64,000 bases of DNA from Candidatus Zambryskiibacteriota bacterium (GCA_963840745.1 CAWJAC010000005.1:17615-81614); one strand, 5' to 3'; positions 1 to 9,687 are shown, counted from the stretch's first letter. A program made the numbers and translations. The notes: generated from the letters alone by a model not told the origin.

Positions 1-185
1 GTGGCAGGATTCCCACAAACCAAAGTAACCCGCCAAAGCCGTGCCACTGTAAAAGGTCCACGGCTTTAACTTTTTTAGGCCCAAACAAGACCTTTGTTTT
101 TGTCTTGAATCAAAGCTATTATTTTGCTCCACTCATATAATTCCTCTATAATCTGGTTCCAATAGAATCCTAGGAAGTCCACAAA

Positions 186-1160
186 TTATCTCCTCCTTAA
201 AGTCTGAGAGACGAGATGGAAGAGAAACTCTTTGATATTGCCGCCGGCAGCTTCTAGAGATTTTATGAAAGAAGAATGGTGTGTTAGTTCGGGTAAAGTG
301 TTGACTTCCAACACAAAGAGGCCGCGCTTGGGGTGGAGAATAAAATCAGAACGGGAATAATGCCTTAAGCCCAGAGCTTTATGTATTAAAGCAGCTGCTT
401 CCTCAATTTTTATTTTTTCATCTTCTTTAAAATTGCCGGGCACTTTATATTTCGATTCCAAATCAACATATTTTGAATCGTAATCATGAAAATTTTTATT
501 TTTATTACGAGCCACTTCAACCGGCAAAAGAGTGTAAAAATCTTTGCCCCGGAAACTTTCAATCACGCCACACGTCACCTCTTTGCCGTTTATATATTCT
601 TCCACCATTAGTTTGGGGCAGTGGCTAAAAGATTTTTTTAGAGCATTTTTTATATCTCCAATTTTATTGACAAAAGAAATACCGATGGAAGAACCGGAGT
701 TGATAGGTTTTATTATAATAGGGAACGGCAGACTTTCGTTTATTTTATTTACTAAATCATTCTCATCTTTGTTTATTATTATGTGCTTAGGAGTTTTGAG
801 ACCGTAATTATTAAAAATATTTTTGGACATCACTTTATTCATACCAAGAGCCGAAGCTATTGAGTCCGAACCGGTGAAAGGAATGCCAAAACCTTCAAGA
901 AGTTTTTGGAGAGTGCCATCTTCTCCGTAACTGCCATGCAAAGCGTTTACAGCCATATCAATTGTTTTCAAAATATCGTAAGGCTCTTTTTGAATACCGC
1001 TCATGTGCCATGCACCTTCTTTGGAAATAAAAATATCCAGCGGCTCGTATTCCTCCGGCATGTTGGCAAGAATGGTGGCTCCGGTTTTGAGTGACACATC
1101 ATATTCCGGCGAAGGCCCGCCGCGCAAAACTCCCACCCTTACTTTATGAGAAAAAGACAT
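186..1160 (-). CDS. ddl: D-alanine--D-alanine ligase
   Basis: 324 aa ORF. N-terminal 'KVRVGVLRGGPSPEYDVSL' and ATP-grasp motifs are typical of Ddl. Confidence 0.9.
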   Translation of the reverse strand: MSFSHKVRVGVLRGGPSPEYDVSLKTGATILANMPEEYEPLDIFISKEGAWHMSGIQKEPYDILKTIDMAVNALHGSYGEDGTLQKLLEGFGIPFTGSDSIASALGMNKVMSKNIFNNYGLKTPKHIIINKDENDLVNKINESLPFPIIIKPINSGSSIGISFVNKIGDIKNALKKSFSHCPKLMVEEYINGKEVTCGVIESFRGKDFYTLLPVEVARNKNKNFHDYDSKYVDLESKYKVPGNFKEDEKIKIEEAAALIHKALGLRHYSRSDFILHPKRGLFVLEVNTLPELTHHSSFIKSLEAAGGNIKEFLFHLVSQTLRRR

Positions 1161-1205
1161 GCGTTTATTATAACACTGAGGTTGTTTTTATGGTAAAGTA
1201 AATGT

Positions 1206-2264
1206 ATGGAACTCGCGTTATACCGTAAATACAGACCGAGCAAATTTAGTGAAATAAAAGGCCAAGATCACATTGTTTCGGTTTTAGAAAATGAGGCCAA
1301 GACAGGCAAATTCGCTCATGCTTATCTTTTTTCCGGCAGCAGAGGAACGGGTAAGACAAGCGTGGCCCGCATATTTGCTAAATCTTTGGGAGTAAATGCC
1401 GAGGATATTTACGAAATAGACGCCGCTTCAAACCGCGGCATAGATGAAATAAGGGCCATCAGGGACGCAGTGCACACTTACCCTTACTCTTCAAAATACA
1501 AAGTTTATATAGTAGACGAAGTACACATGCTCACCAAAGAGGCCTGGAATGCCTTCCTCAAAACTTTGGAAGAGCCGCCCGAGCACGTCATCTTCATAAT
1601 GGCCACTACTGAGCAACATAAATTGCTCGACACTGTCATCTCCCGCTGTGAATGCTTTGCTTTCAAAAAGCCAGCTCACAGTGTTTTGGTTGAATCCATT
1701 CTCAAAATTGCCAAAGAAGAAAAATATGAAATAGAAAAAAAATCGGCATCTCTTATTGCAACACTTGCCGACGGTTCTTTTCGAGATGCTTTTTCCATTT
1801 TGCAAAAAGCCATGCATTCATCAGCCGCCTCCGCTCCCGCTTCGGCGAGCCAAAGCAAAAAACTTTCACATGAGGAAATTGAAAAAGTTTTGGGCGCACC
1901 CAAAGAATCTTTGGTTTTGGAAGTATTAGAAGGGGTGGCAGAGCAGAATACAGAAAAGGGGATCGAGGCAGTGCGCAAAGCAAGTGAGGAAAATGCTGAT
2001 ATGCAGGTTTTTTTGAAAATGATTTTGCGTTCACTGCGTTTTGTTTTGCTTCTCCGCTTCGCTCCCGATATGAAAAATTTAGTGACAGGCGAGACGGGTG
2101 AAGAAGAATTTGAAAAGCTCTCTACACTTGCTAAAACCGCCAAAAATATTAACTCCAAAACTTTGCTCGCATTTCTTGAAGCCTACTCACGCCAAACTTA
2201 CGCTTCCATCCCCGAGCTTCCCATTGAACTTGCTATTATCGATTCCTGCGGCGGAGAAAAATAA
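1206..2264 (+). CDS. dnaX: DNA polymerase III subunit gamma/tau (short form, AAA+ clamp loader)
   Basis: 352 aa. 'YRPSKFSEIKGQDHIV', Walker A 'GSRGTGKTS' and the 'SRC' motif. Confidence 0.9.
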   Translation: MELALYRKYRPSKFSEIKGQDHIVSVLENEAKTGKFAHAYLFSGSRGTGKTSVARIFAKSLGVNAEDIYEIDAASNRGIDEIRAIRDAVHTYPYSSKYKVYIVDEVHMLTKEAWNAFLKTLEEPPEHVIFIMATTEQHKLLDTVISRCECFAFKKPAHSVLVESILKIAKEEKYEIEKKSASLIATLADGSFRDAFSILQKAMHSSAASAPASASQSKKLSHEEIEKVLGAPKESLVLEVLEGVAEQNTEKGIEAVRKASEENADMQVFLKMILRSLRFVLLLRFAPDMKNLVTGETGEEEFEKLSTLAKTAKNINSKTLLAFLEAYSRQTYASIPELPIELAIIDSCGGEK

Positions 2265-2277
2265 CTTTTTAAAAATT

Positions 2278-2664
2278 ATGCGAAAAGATTTTGATAATTG
2301 GAATAAAAAGAAAAAGACAATTCACAATAATGGTGAAAATAAGCTTTACCATACAAGGGAATTATGGTGGTGTTCATTGGGGGTAAATATTGGATCAGAA
2401 CAAGATGGTTCTGGGGAGAAATATGATCGCCCAGTTTTGATTCTAAAAGGGTTGAGTAAACAAACTTGCATTGTTTTACCACTCACATCTTCGGGAGAAT
2501 TACATAAAATGAGGATTCCAATAGGAGAAGTTCAGGGCGAAAAAGCGTCAGTAATAATTTCCCAAATACGAACTGTGGATACGAAGAGGTTGATATACAA
2601 GATAGGATTTTTAGACAAAGATATCTTTATCGAAATAACAAAAACCATCAAGAGTTTATTTTGA
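2278..2664 (+). CDS. MazF/PemK/EndoA-family toxin-fold protein (mRNA interferase-like), orphan
   Basis: 129 aa counted from the ATG at 2278; the track ORF 2098.. overlaps the dnaX 3' end. 'GSEQDG...RPVLIL' and 'SQIRTVDTKRLIYKIGFLD' align to B. subtilis EndoA/YdcE motifs 'GSEQGG..RPVLVI' and 'EQIRTIDKQRLTDKITHLD'. Confidence 0.75.
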   Translation: MRKDFDNWNKKKKTIHNNGENKLYHTRELWWCSLGVNIGSEQDGSGEKYDRPVLILKGLSKQTCIVLPLTSSGELHKMRIPIGEVQGEKASVIISQIRTVDTKRLIYKIGFLDKDIFIEITKTIKSLF

Positions 2665-2787
2665 TGGTTTTCGTCTTTTTGCCCCCTTGCGGAGGCGAGC
2701 CCGAAGGCACTTGTACAGATAGTATAGCAAATCCAAAATAAAAGTCAAGAGGTCTGTGGATATGAATTGAGTATTAAAAAATAAATT

Positions 2788-3294
2788 ATGAATAACGAAA
2801 AAATTATAGTCATTCCCGGAGCGTTTCAATACGCAAAAAATTATGGCAATTATGATGGTCTTGATATTTGGCTAAAGGGAAAATTAGAAGAGGAAAAAAT
2901 TAAAAATGCAGATTTCGTTGTGGCTCATAGTTTAGGGACAAATTATGTTTTTTCTTTTCCTGTTTCCAACAATCAAAAATTTATTTTAGTAAACCCATCA
3001 ATCAAGAAAAGAGGATTTGTGAACCTTGTTATGAGAGATTTTAGATATCTTCTTTCAAAAATAGATAGTGTAAAGATGGGCAAGATTGTTCCTGTCTTAC
3101 ATTGGCCATCTGCATTTTATAAAGCATATAAACTTTCTAAAATTGATATTCTCTCGGTTCTTAAAAAAATTCCTAAAGAAAATATTTTTATAATAAGAGG
3201 CAAAAGAGACAGATTCTTTTGCGATGATGAAGTTGTCAATCTTATAAAAAAAGAAAATTTGCCATTGATTGAAGTTGATGCTGGACATGATTAG
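2788..3294 (+). CDS. small alpha/beta serine hydrolase (YdeN/RBBP9-like)
   Basis: 168 aa. Nucleophile elbow 'AHSLG' and a C-terminal 'DAGHD' with Asp/His candidates. Confidence 0.55.
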   Translation: MNNEKIIVIPGAFQYAKNYGNYDGLDIWLKGKLEEEKIKNADFVVAHSLGTNYVFSFPVSNNQKFILVNPSIKKRGFVNLVMRDFRYLLSKIDSVKMGKIVPVLHWPSAFYKAYKLSKIDILSVLKKIPKENIFIIRGKRDRFFCDDEVVNLIKKENLPLIEVDAGHD

Positions 3295-3334
3295 AACCAA
3301 AATATAGCTGAGGCTGTCAATAAAATAATTTCAA

Positions 3335-3841
3335 ATGAATCCTAAAATATCAAAAAATAACTATTCCAAAATTGAAAAAGTTTTGTACCAGATTTTTGAG
3401 TTTGGAATTCTTATAAAATTTTTTAACAGTGTCTGGGAAATAACAAGCGGACTGCTTATTTTGTATTTCGGCAAAGAAGCGATAACTAAGGTGTTTTATT
3501 TTTTGGCCGGCAGTGAGCTTTTGGAAAATCCGCGTGATTTCATTATTAATATTTCATTTGGATTTCTACAGAATTTATCACATAGCACTCAAATTTTTAT
3601 CGTTATCTATCTCTTAGTTCACGGTTTTATGAATTTGTTTTTAGCTATACAACTTTATAGAGACAAAATTTGGGCTTATTTGGCTACCATTATTATTATG
3701 GTTGTTTTTATGTTTTATCAAATACATCGTATTATTCTCTATCACTCACCGATTTTAATCGTCATTACTATTTTTGATATTTTATTTATTATCCTCACCT
3801 GGCACGAATATAACCGCAAGAAACTTATGAGAATGTTATAA
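3335..3841 (+). CDS. DUF2127-family integral membrane protein
   Basis: 168 aa, 4 predicted TM helices, 'ELLENPRD' motif. Confidence 0.5.
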   Translation: MNPKISKNNYSKIEKVLYQIFEFGILIKFFNSVWEITSGLLILYFGKEAITKVFYFLAGSELLENPRDFIINISFGFLQNLSHSTQIFIVIYLLVHGFMNLFLAIQLYRDKIWAYLATIIIMVVFMFYQIHRIILYHSPILIVITIFDILFIILTWHEYNRKKLMRML

Positions 3842-3848
3842 TATTTCC

Positions 3849-4439
3849 ATGCAACAATGGCTCATTTCAATATACGCGGCACACCATTATGAAATTTACG
3901 CTCTCATAATGATAATCGGCCTTTTTGAAGGACCTTTTATATCCATGGTTTGCGGAGCTATTCTGGCTTTAGGATATCTGAGTTTTTGGCCGGTTTATAT
4001 CGTGCTTATGCTTGGCGATTTAATTGGTGATGTCATTTTGTATTTCTTGGGCTATCGCTTTGGCGAAAAATTCATAAAAAGGTTTGGGAAATATTTCAAA
4101 ATCACCGAAGACCACATTTTAAATGTCAAAAATCTTTTTCATAGGCATAAAAATCCTCTGCTTTTTCTCTCCAAAATAACCAATGGTATGGGTTTTGCTG
4201 TTGCCGTTCTCTTCACAGCGGGCATGTCAAGGATTCCGTTTGGCAGATTTATGAGTATTAATGTTATTGGCCAGCTTATCTGGTCCGGAGGACTCATTGC
4301 TGTAGGATTCCTTTTTGGTGATTTGTACTTGAGCATAAACAGTGTGGCTGGCAAAATATCTATCTTGCTGCTGTTTGTGGTTGTTATTTTTGCCGTCAAC
4401 AGATATATTAAATATTTGCAAGAAAGAATAAATTCATAA
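3849..4439 (+). CDS. DedA/VTT-family membrane protein
   Basis: 196 aa. 'GPFISMVCGAILALGYLSFWPV...LGDLIGDVILYFLGYRFG' is a VTT-domain signature. Confidence 0.75.
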   Translation: MQQWLISIYAAHHYEIYALIMIIGLFEGPFISMVCGAILALGYLSFWPVYIVLMLGDLIGDVILYFLGYRFGEKFIKRFGKYFKITEDHILNVKNLFHRHKNPLLFLSKITNGMGFAVAVLFTAGMSRIPFGRFMSINVIGQLIWSGGLIAVGFLFGDLYLSINSVAGKISILLLFVVVIFAVNRYIKYLQERINS

Positions 4440-4441
4440 TC

Positions 4442-5167
4442 ATGAAAATAAGTATTGTTATACCGGTATGTAATGAAGAGAAAGATATTGAGAGACTAAT
4501 AGATTGTCTTTTGAATTTGTCCATAGAGAAAGAGATTATCGTTACTGACGATGCCAGTACCGACAAAACCCTGCAGGTGCTTGAAAAATATCAAGACAAA
4601 ATAAGGATACTTACCCATGAACACAGAAACAAATCCATTGCAGCAAACAGAAATGCCGGCGCCAAATACGCAAGCGGTGAATTTTTGGTTTTTATGGACG
4701 GCACCACTTACCTCAAAAATCCAAATGATTTTTTCAGTCGAGCTCTGGCAATATTTGAAAAAGATAAAGATTTGGTCGCTGTAACAGGTAAATTAAAGGT
4801 ACTGCCAGAGTTTGAGACAGTGGCTGATAAGATAATGCATTTTATTTTCAATTTCACGGTAATGATCAAGGATAATTATCTCGGGTTAACCGAAGCTTCT
4901 GGCAAATTTGAAATGATTAGAAGACTGGCCTTTGAAAAAGTGGGTGGCTTTGACGAAAAATTAATCACCAGAGAAGACGCCGATATGTTCTGGAGATTAT
5001 CCAAAATCGGCAAGACCAGATATGCGAGAGAATTGGAGGTTCTTTACACCGGCCGCAGAGCCCATATTTTGGGTTGGCCAAGACTGCTTTTTATATGGAT
5101 GACAGAAACTCTCTGGGTGATGGTATTTGGCAGAGCCAGGACAAAAGTATGGACGGTCGTAAGATAA
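4442..5167 (+). CDS. family 2 glycosyltransferase
   Basis: 241 aa. 'ISIVIPVCNEE...DDASTD' is a GT-A fold DxD-type signature. Confidence 0.8.
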   Translation: MKISIVIPVCNEEKDIERLIDCLLNLSIEKEIIVTDDASTDKTLQVLEKYQDKIRILTHEHRNKSIAANRNAGAKYASGEFLVFMDGTTYLKNPNDFFSRALAIFEKDKDLVAVTGKLKVLPEFETVADKIMHFIFNFTVMIKDNYLGLTEASGKFEMIRRLAFEKVGGFDEKLITREDADMFWRLSKIGKTRYARELEVLYTGRRAHILGWPRLLFIWMTETLWVMVFGRARTKVWTVVR

Positions 5168-5173
5168 TAAAAT

Positions 5174-5893
5174 ATGAAAATAAGTTTGGTCATACCAAGT
5201 TTCAATGAGGAAAAATATATAGGCGAATGTCTGAAAAATGCCCTGCAAAATGGCAAGGAACTTTTTGAGATAATAGTGGTTAATAATGCCAGCACCGATA
5301 ATACTGAAAGTGTAGCTAAATTTTTTTCAAATAATTATTCAAATATAAAAATCGTAAATGAGCCGAGAAAAGGCTTAACTAAGGCCCGCCAAAGAGGACT
5401 GCTAGAAGCGAGAGGGAATATAATCGCTTACACTGATGCTGATACTAAAATGCCAAACGATTGGGTAAAAAAAATTAACAAATATTTTGAAAAAGATGGA
5501 AAAACGGTGTGTGTCAGCGGGCCTTATATTTATTATGATCAATCATTTATTGGAAAAATATTGGTCTGGATTTATTGGCTTTTCGCTTATATAATGTATT
5601 TCTTGGTAGGATATATGGCGGTTGGAGGAAATTTTGCCGTGAGGAAAGAGGCTCTTCTGAAAATCGGCGGGTTTGACCAAAATATAAGTTTCTACGGAGA
5701 AGACACCGATATAGCCAGAAGGCTGTCCAAGGTCGGCAAAGTCAAATTCTTCCTGAATCTATATATGTACACTTCTGCCAGGCGTTTAAAGAATGAGGGA
5801 ATGGTAAAAATGACAATAAAATATCTGATTAATTTTATTTCTGAAGTATTTTTTAAAAAACCCATTACGGACGAATATAAAGACATAAGATAA
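5174..5893 (+). CDS. family 2 glycosyltransferase
   Basis: 239 aa. 'ISLVIPSFNEE...VVNNASTDNT', 'DADT'. Paralogous to the upstream GT2 gene. Confidence 0.8.
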   Translation: MKISLVIPSFNEEKYIGECLKNALQNGKELFEIIVVNNASTDNTESVAKFFSNNYSNIKIVNEPRKGLTKARQRGLLEARGNIIAYTDADTKMPNDWVKKINKYFEKDGKTVCVSGPYIYYDQSFIGKILVWIYWLFAYIMYFLVGYMAVGGNFAVRKEALLKIGGFDQNISFYGEDTDIARRLSKVGKVKFFLNLYMYTSARRLKNEGMVKMTIKYLINFISEVFFKKPITDEYKDIR

Positions 5894-6531
5894 TGGAAAA
5901 AATCAAAGCAAAATATAAGATCCATTTTGGCAGCAGAGATTTTTTGATATCTTTGTTGGTTTCTTTTTTTATACTTGGTGTGGCATTGGTGGCCAATCAT
6001 TATGCCGGTATTTACGTCACAGAAAAAGCCAGCAACCCGGTCACGGATATAGTCTTGGACAATACAAGAGTTTATGATGTAGATGCCATTTTTGTTTACG
6101 GGCCGGTTCTTATGTGGATATTTGTCGCCGGTTTGCTTGCTATCCATCCACAACGTATTCCTTTCCTTATAAAAAGTACCGGTCTGTTTTACCTGATCCG
6201 TTCTGTTTTTATAAGCCTTACTCACATAGCTCCGCCCGCAATGCATGCTGTTATACCATCAACCGGATTATTTGGTTATCTTGGTTCGGGAGCCGACTTG
6301 TTTTTTTCTGCGCATACGGGCTTTCCATTTTTGCTAGCTCTTATGTTTTGGGAAAATAAGAGTTTACGTATTTTCTTTATTATTCTTTCTTTGGTTTTTG
6401 GGGTTGTGGTTTTGCTTGGGCATTTACACTATTCCATCGACGTGTTGTCCGCCTTCTTTATTTCATACGGCATTTACCGCATAACCGAAATAATTTTTCC
6501 AAAAGACAGGGAGAGATTCCTATCCGCATAA
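5893..6531 (+). CDS. PAP2_C-like lipid phosphotransferase/phosphatase membrane protein
   Basis: 212 aa polytopic. 'FFSAHTG' and 'GHLHYSIDVLSAF' match the PAP2_C / sphingomyelin-synthase-like (F)SGHT and HYTxDV motifs. Confidence 0.5.
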   Translation: MEKIKAKYKIHFGSRDFLISLLVSFFILGVALVANHYAGIYVTEKASNPVTDIVLDNTRVYDVDAIFVYGPVLMWIFVAGLLAIHPQRIPFLIKSTGLFYLIRSVFISLTHIAPPAMHAVIPSTGLFGYLGSGADLFFSAHTGFPFLLALMFWENKSLRIFFIILSLVFGVVVLLGHLHYSIDVLSAFFISYGIYRITEIIFPKDRERFLSA

Positions 6532-6551
6532 TAATCGGATAACAATAAAAA

Positions 6552-8402
6552 ATGCGACTTATAATAAAAACAGCTAAATTTGATATCGTTCTTTCTTTAT
6601 TGATAGTTCTAGCTATAGCGCTACATTTCAGCGGTTTTGGAAAAACTCAAATAGCTTCTTATTTTTTGATCGCCATCGCCATAATCGGCACGTTGCCGGT
6701 CGCAATAAGTGCTGTCCGCCAGATATTTAAAAAAGAAATTTCAATGGACCTTCTGGCTTCTGTTGCTTTAATTTTTTCTCTTTTAAGTGCAGAGTGGGTG
6801 GGAGCTTCATTTATCGCCCTTATGATAACCGCCGCCCGCATTTTAAAATCAGTCACTGAGAGTCAGACAGAAAGAAGCATAAAAAGCCTTTTCAAATTAC
6901 GCCCTAAAAAAGCCAGAGTAATAAAAAATAATGATATTGAAGAAATACCCATAGAAAAATTAAAAATGGGAGATGTTGTGATAGTTGATTTGGGAGACAG
7001 AGTGCCGGTAGACGGGAAGGTGGTTTCGGGCACTTTTAGTATTGACGAATCGTCTCTCACCGGAGAATCCATGCCAGTCGATAAAAATACTGGCGACAAA
7101 GTTTTCAGCTCTACTATTGTTGTTTCCGGAAGCGGTCATATTTTGGTGGAAAAAATAGGCAGCAATACCACTTTGGAAAAAATTATATCTCTGCTTGAGT
7201 CTTCTGGAAAATTCAAGCCGCGCTTCCAAACCATTGGAGAAAAATTCGGCAAGATTTATTTAATGGGAATTTTTATAGTTTCTTTCCTGTCCCTTTATAT
7301 TACCCACAACACTAGTCTAGTTTTATCAATTTTGCTTGTCATTTGCGCCGATGACGTGGCCGTGGCAGTGCCGCTGGCTTATCTTTCGGCCACTAGACGA
7401 GCCGCCAAAATTGGCACCATTATAAAAGGCAGCAGTTACTTGGAAGCTTTGGGAAAAGTTGATACGGTTGTTTTTGACAAAACCGGAACCTTGACCAAAG
7501 GTCATTTGCAGGTAAGCGAAATAAAATCTTTTTCACAATATAGTGACAAGGAATTGCTTTCTTTTTGCGGTTCTCTCATGGAACAATCCAGCCACCCCGT
7601 TTCCAAAACAATTTTTAATTATGCTAAAGATCAAAAAGTTCATTTGGAATTGGTGGAAAACGTAGAGGAGATCGGCGGCATGGGATTAACTGGCAAATTT
7701 GAAAACAAACAGATTCTTTTTGGCCGAAAAGCTTTTTTAGTATCACGTAAAATAGATATTAGCGAAGAAGCTTCGGCAGAAATATCACGTCTTGAAAATG
7801 ACGGCAAGAGCAATTCTTTCGTGGTGGTAGACGGTAAGCTCGCCGGCATTATAGCCCTGACAGATGAAGTGCGTGAGGAAGCCAAAGAAGCCATTAGCCG
7901 CATAAAAAAACTGGGCATTAAAAAAGTTGTGATGCTTACCGGCGATAATGAAAAAGTGGCCGGAAGGATCGCCAGAGAAGTTGGCATAACCGAATTTCAT
8001 GCCAACCTTTTCCCCGAACAAAAAGTTGCTTACATTAAAAAATATATCGATGCCAAAGAAAATGTGGCCATGGTGGGGGATGGGGTCAATGACGCCGCGG
8101 CAATGCGCATAGCCACCGTCGGCATTGCTATGGGAGCCATCGGTTATGACACCGCCATCGAATCGGCCGACATAGTGCTTATGAGAGATGACATTTCAAA
8201 AATTGCCGAGGTTATGAAATTGGCCAGATTTACCGAACATGTATCTATCCAGGATTTTTGGATTTGGGGATTTTCCAATGTCTTGGGTCTTTCCCTCGTC
8301 TTTATCGGTGCGGTTGGCCCGACCGGCGCCGCCGCTTACAATTTCCTGACCGACTTTTTCCCTCTCTTTAATTCCCTAAGAGCCGGTAAAACTAGACAAT
8401 AA
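6552..8402 (+). CDS. P-type (P1B-like) cation-transporting ATPase lacking an N-terminal metal-binding domain
   Basis: 616 aa. Phosphorylation motif 'DKTGTLT', 'TGDN' and 'GDGVNDAAAM' hinge. The TM helix upstream reads 'ICADDVAVAVP', aligning to CopA 'CPCALGLATP'. Confidence 0.85.
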   Translation: MRLIIKTAKFDIVLSLLIVLAIALHFSGFGKTQIASYFLIAIAIIGTLPVAISAVRQIFKKEISMDLLASVALIFSLLSAEWVGASFIALMITAARILKSVTESQTERSIKSLFKLRPKKARVIKNNDIEEIPIEKLKMGDVVIVDLGDRVPVDGKVVSGTFSIDESSLTGESMPVDKNTGDKVFSSTIVVSGSGHILVEKIGSNTTLEKIISLLESSGKFKPRFQTIGEKFGKIYLMGIFIVSFLSLYITHNTSLVLSILLVICADDVAVAVPLAYLSATRRAAKIGTIIKGSSYLEALGKVDTVVFDKTGTLTKGHLQVSEIKSFSQYSDKELLSFCGSLMEQSSHPVSKTIFNYAKDQKVHLELVENVEEIGGMGLTGKFENKQILFGRKAFLVSRKIDISEEASAEISRLENDGKSNSFVVVDGKLAGIIALTDEVREEAKEAISRIKKLGIKKVVMLTGDNEKVAGRIAREVGITEFHANLFPEQKVAYIKKYIDAKENVAMVGDGVNDAAAMRIATVGIAMGAIGYDTAIESADIVLMRDDISKIAEVMKLARFTEHVSIQDFWIWGFSNVLGLSLVFIGAVGPTGAAAYNFLTDFFPLFNSLRAGKTRQ

Positions 8403-8403
8403 A

Positions 8404-8998
8404 ATGGAAGATAAAATATTACAAAATAAAACAGATAAGACTGACCAGGAATTCGTCAAAGTGGCCCTTAAGGACCGGCATGCTTTTTCGGAAATTGTGC
8501 ATCGCTATGAAGCAGCTATCCGCCGCTATGTGAAGCGTCTCGGCTGTAAAAATGAGAACGACGTAGATGATGTTTTGCAAGAAATTTTCATAAAAGTATT
8601 CATTAATCTCAATGACTATGATCCAAATCTGAAGTTTTCTTCATGGCTCTATCGCATTGCTCACAACGAAACCATCTCTTTTTTTAGAAAGAGAAATGTT
8701 CAGCCCAAACGTATTAGACATTGAAGATATCGAAGGATTTTTTGAAAATTTGGTTGACGATACCGATTTTACAGAACTTGCCAAAGAGCGGTATGACGCT
8801 AAAATTGTGCAGGAAGTCCTTTCTACTCTTAATCAAAAGTACAATGAAATACTTGTACTCCGCTTTCTTGAAGAAAAAAGTTATACTGAAATAAGCGACA
8901 TTTTGAAAATACCGGAAGGCACCGTGGCCACGCTCATCAGTCGGGGCAAAAAAGAATTAAAAATCGCATTGGAAGAGAGGGGTATTAAAAATATATGA
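8404..8998 (+). CDS. ECF-type sigma-70 family RNA polymerase sigma factor, interrupted by a +1 frameshift at a T7 run (8679-8685)
   Basis: ORFs 8404..8724 (region 2, 'DVLQEIFIKVF...YRIAHNETISFFRK') and 8657..8998 (region 4 HTH, 'ILVLRFLEEKSYTEISDILKIPEGTVATLISRGKKEL') are in adjacent frames. Removing one T restores a ~197 aa protein. Confidence 0.7.
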
Positions 8999-9687
8999 AT
9001 GACGAGTTATCAAATAAAATTATAGAGCAAATCGATGCAGAAAAAATTTCGCCGAGGCCGTATTGGTACTTTGTCTCTCTACGGGTGATTTTTTGGATTT
9101 TTGCCTTTCTTTCAGTAATTGTCGGCAGTCTTGCTGTCGGAGCAATGCTTTTTCTATTTGTTGATTATCACGCCCACGGTCTTTCGATAATTCCGCATGA
9201 TTTGACCGAGTTTTTGCTTCTTATACCGTACATTTGGCTTATTGTGTTTGTCTTGTTCATTATAATAGGCCGGGAAAGCATAAAACACACCAAAAGAGGA
9301 TACAAATACCGTTTATACGCCATAGTTTCGGTGAGTGTATTTTTGAGTTTTATATTCGGCTCCATTTTTAATTTTATAGGAGGCGGTAAAACAGTTCACG
9401 AGTCTTTAAGCAGAGTCCCGCTTTATGCTTATGTAACCTATGATTCAAGAGACGCCTGGGATCAGCCGGGCATAGGAAGACTGGCGGGAATTGTCACATT
9501 TATAAAAGACAAAAATGATTTCTCTATAATTGATTTCAACGGACACATCTGGCAGGTTAGGCTTGCCGCTTCCACCAATAGCAATAACTTCACTGTGGAA
9601 GCAAGTTCAACTGTTAGAATATCCGGTTTTCTTGATCCTTTATCGAACACATTTATTGCAAAATCTATAGTTGAGTGGGAAGAATAG
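8995..9687 (+). CDS. membrane protein, putative anti-sigma factor
   Basis: 230 aa. Start overlaps the sigma stop by 4 nt. Short cytoplasmic N-terminus 'IEQIDAEKISPRP', then TM helices and an extracytoplasmic C-terminal domain. Confidence 0.45.
   Translation: MNDELSNKIIEQIDAEKISPRPYWYFVSLRVIFWIFAFLSVIVGSLAVGAMLFLFVDYHAHGLSIIPHDLTEFLLLIPYIWLIVFVLFIIIGRESIKHTKRGYKYRLYAIVSVSVFLSFIFGSIFNFIGGGKTVHESLSRVPLYAYVTYDSRDAWDQPGIGRLAGIVTFIKDKNDFSIIDFNGHIWQVRLAASTNSNNFTVEASSTVRISGFLDPLSNTFIAKSIVEWEE

Noticed and set aside
544-2158. Multiple 60-160 aa ORFs on the opposite strand or alternate frames inside ddl and dnaX (544..807, 906..1094, 1491..1817, 1676..2158, 1753..2034)
   Set aside because: They fully overlap genes with strong family signatures, have low-complexity compositions and no motifs. 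They are frame artefacts.
2098-2277. N-terminal 60 aa of track ORF 2098..2664 overlapping the dnaX 3' end
   Set aside because: MazF homology begins after the Met at 2278. The upstream part is an out-of-frame read-through of dnaX coding sequence.
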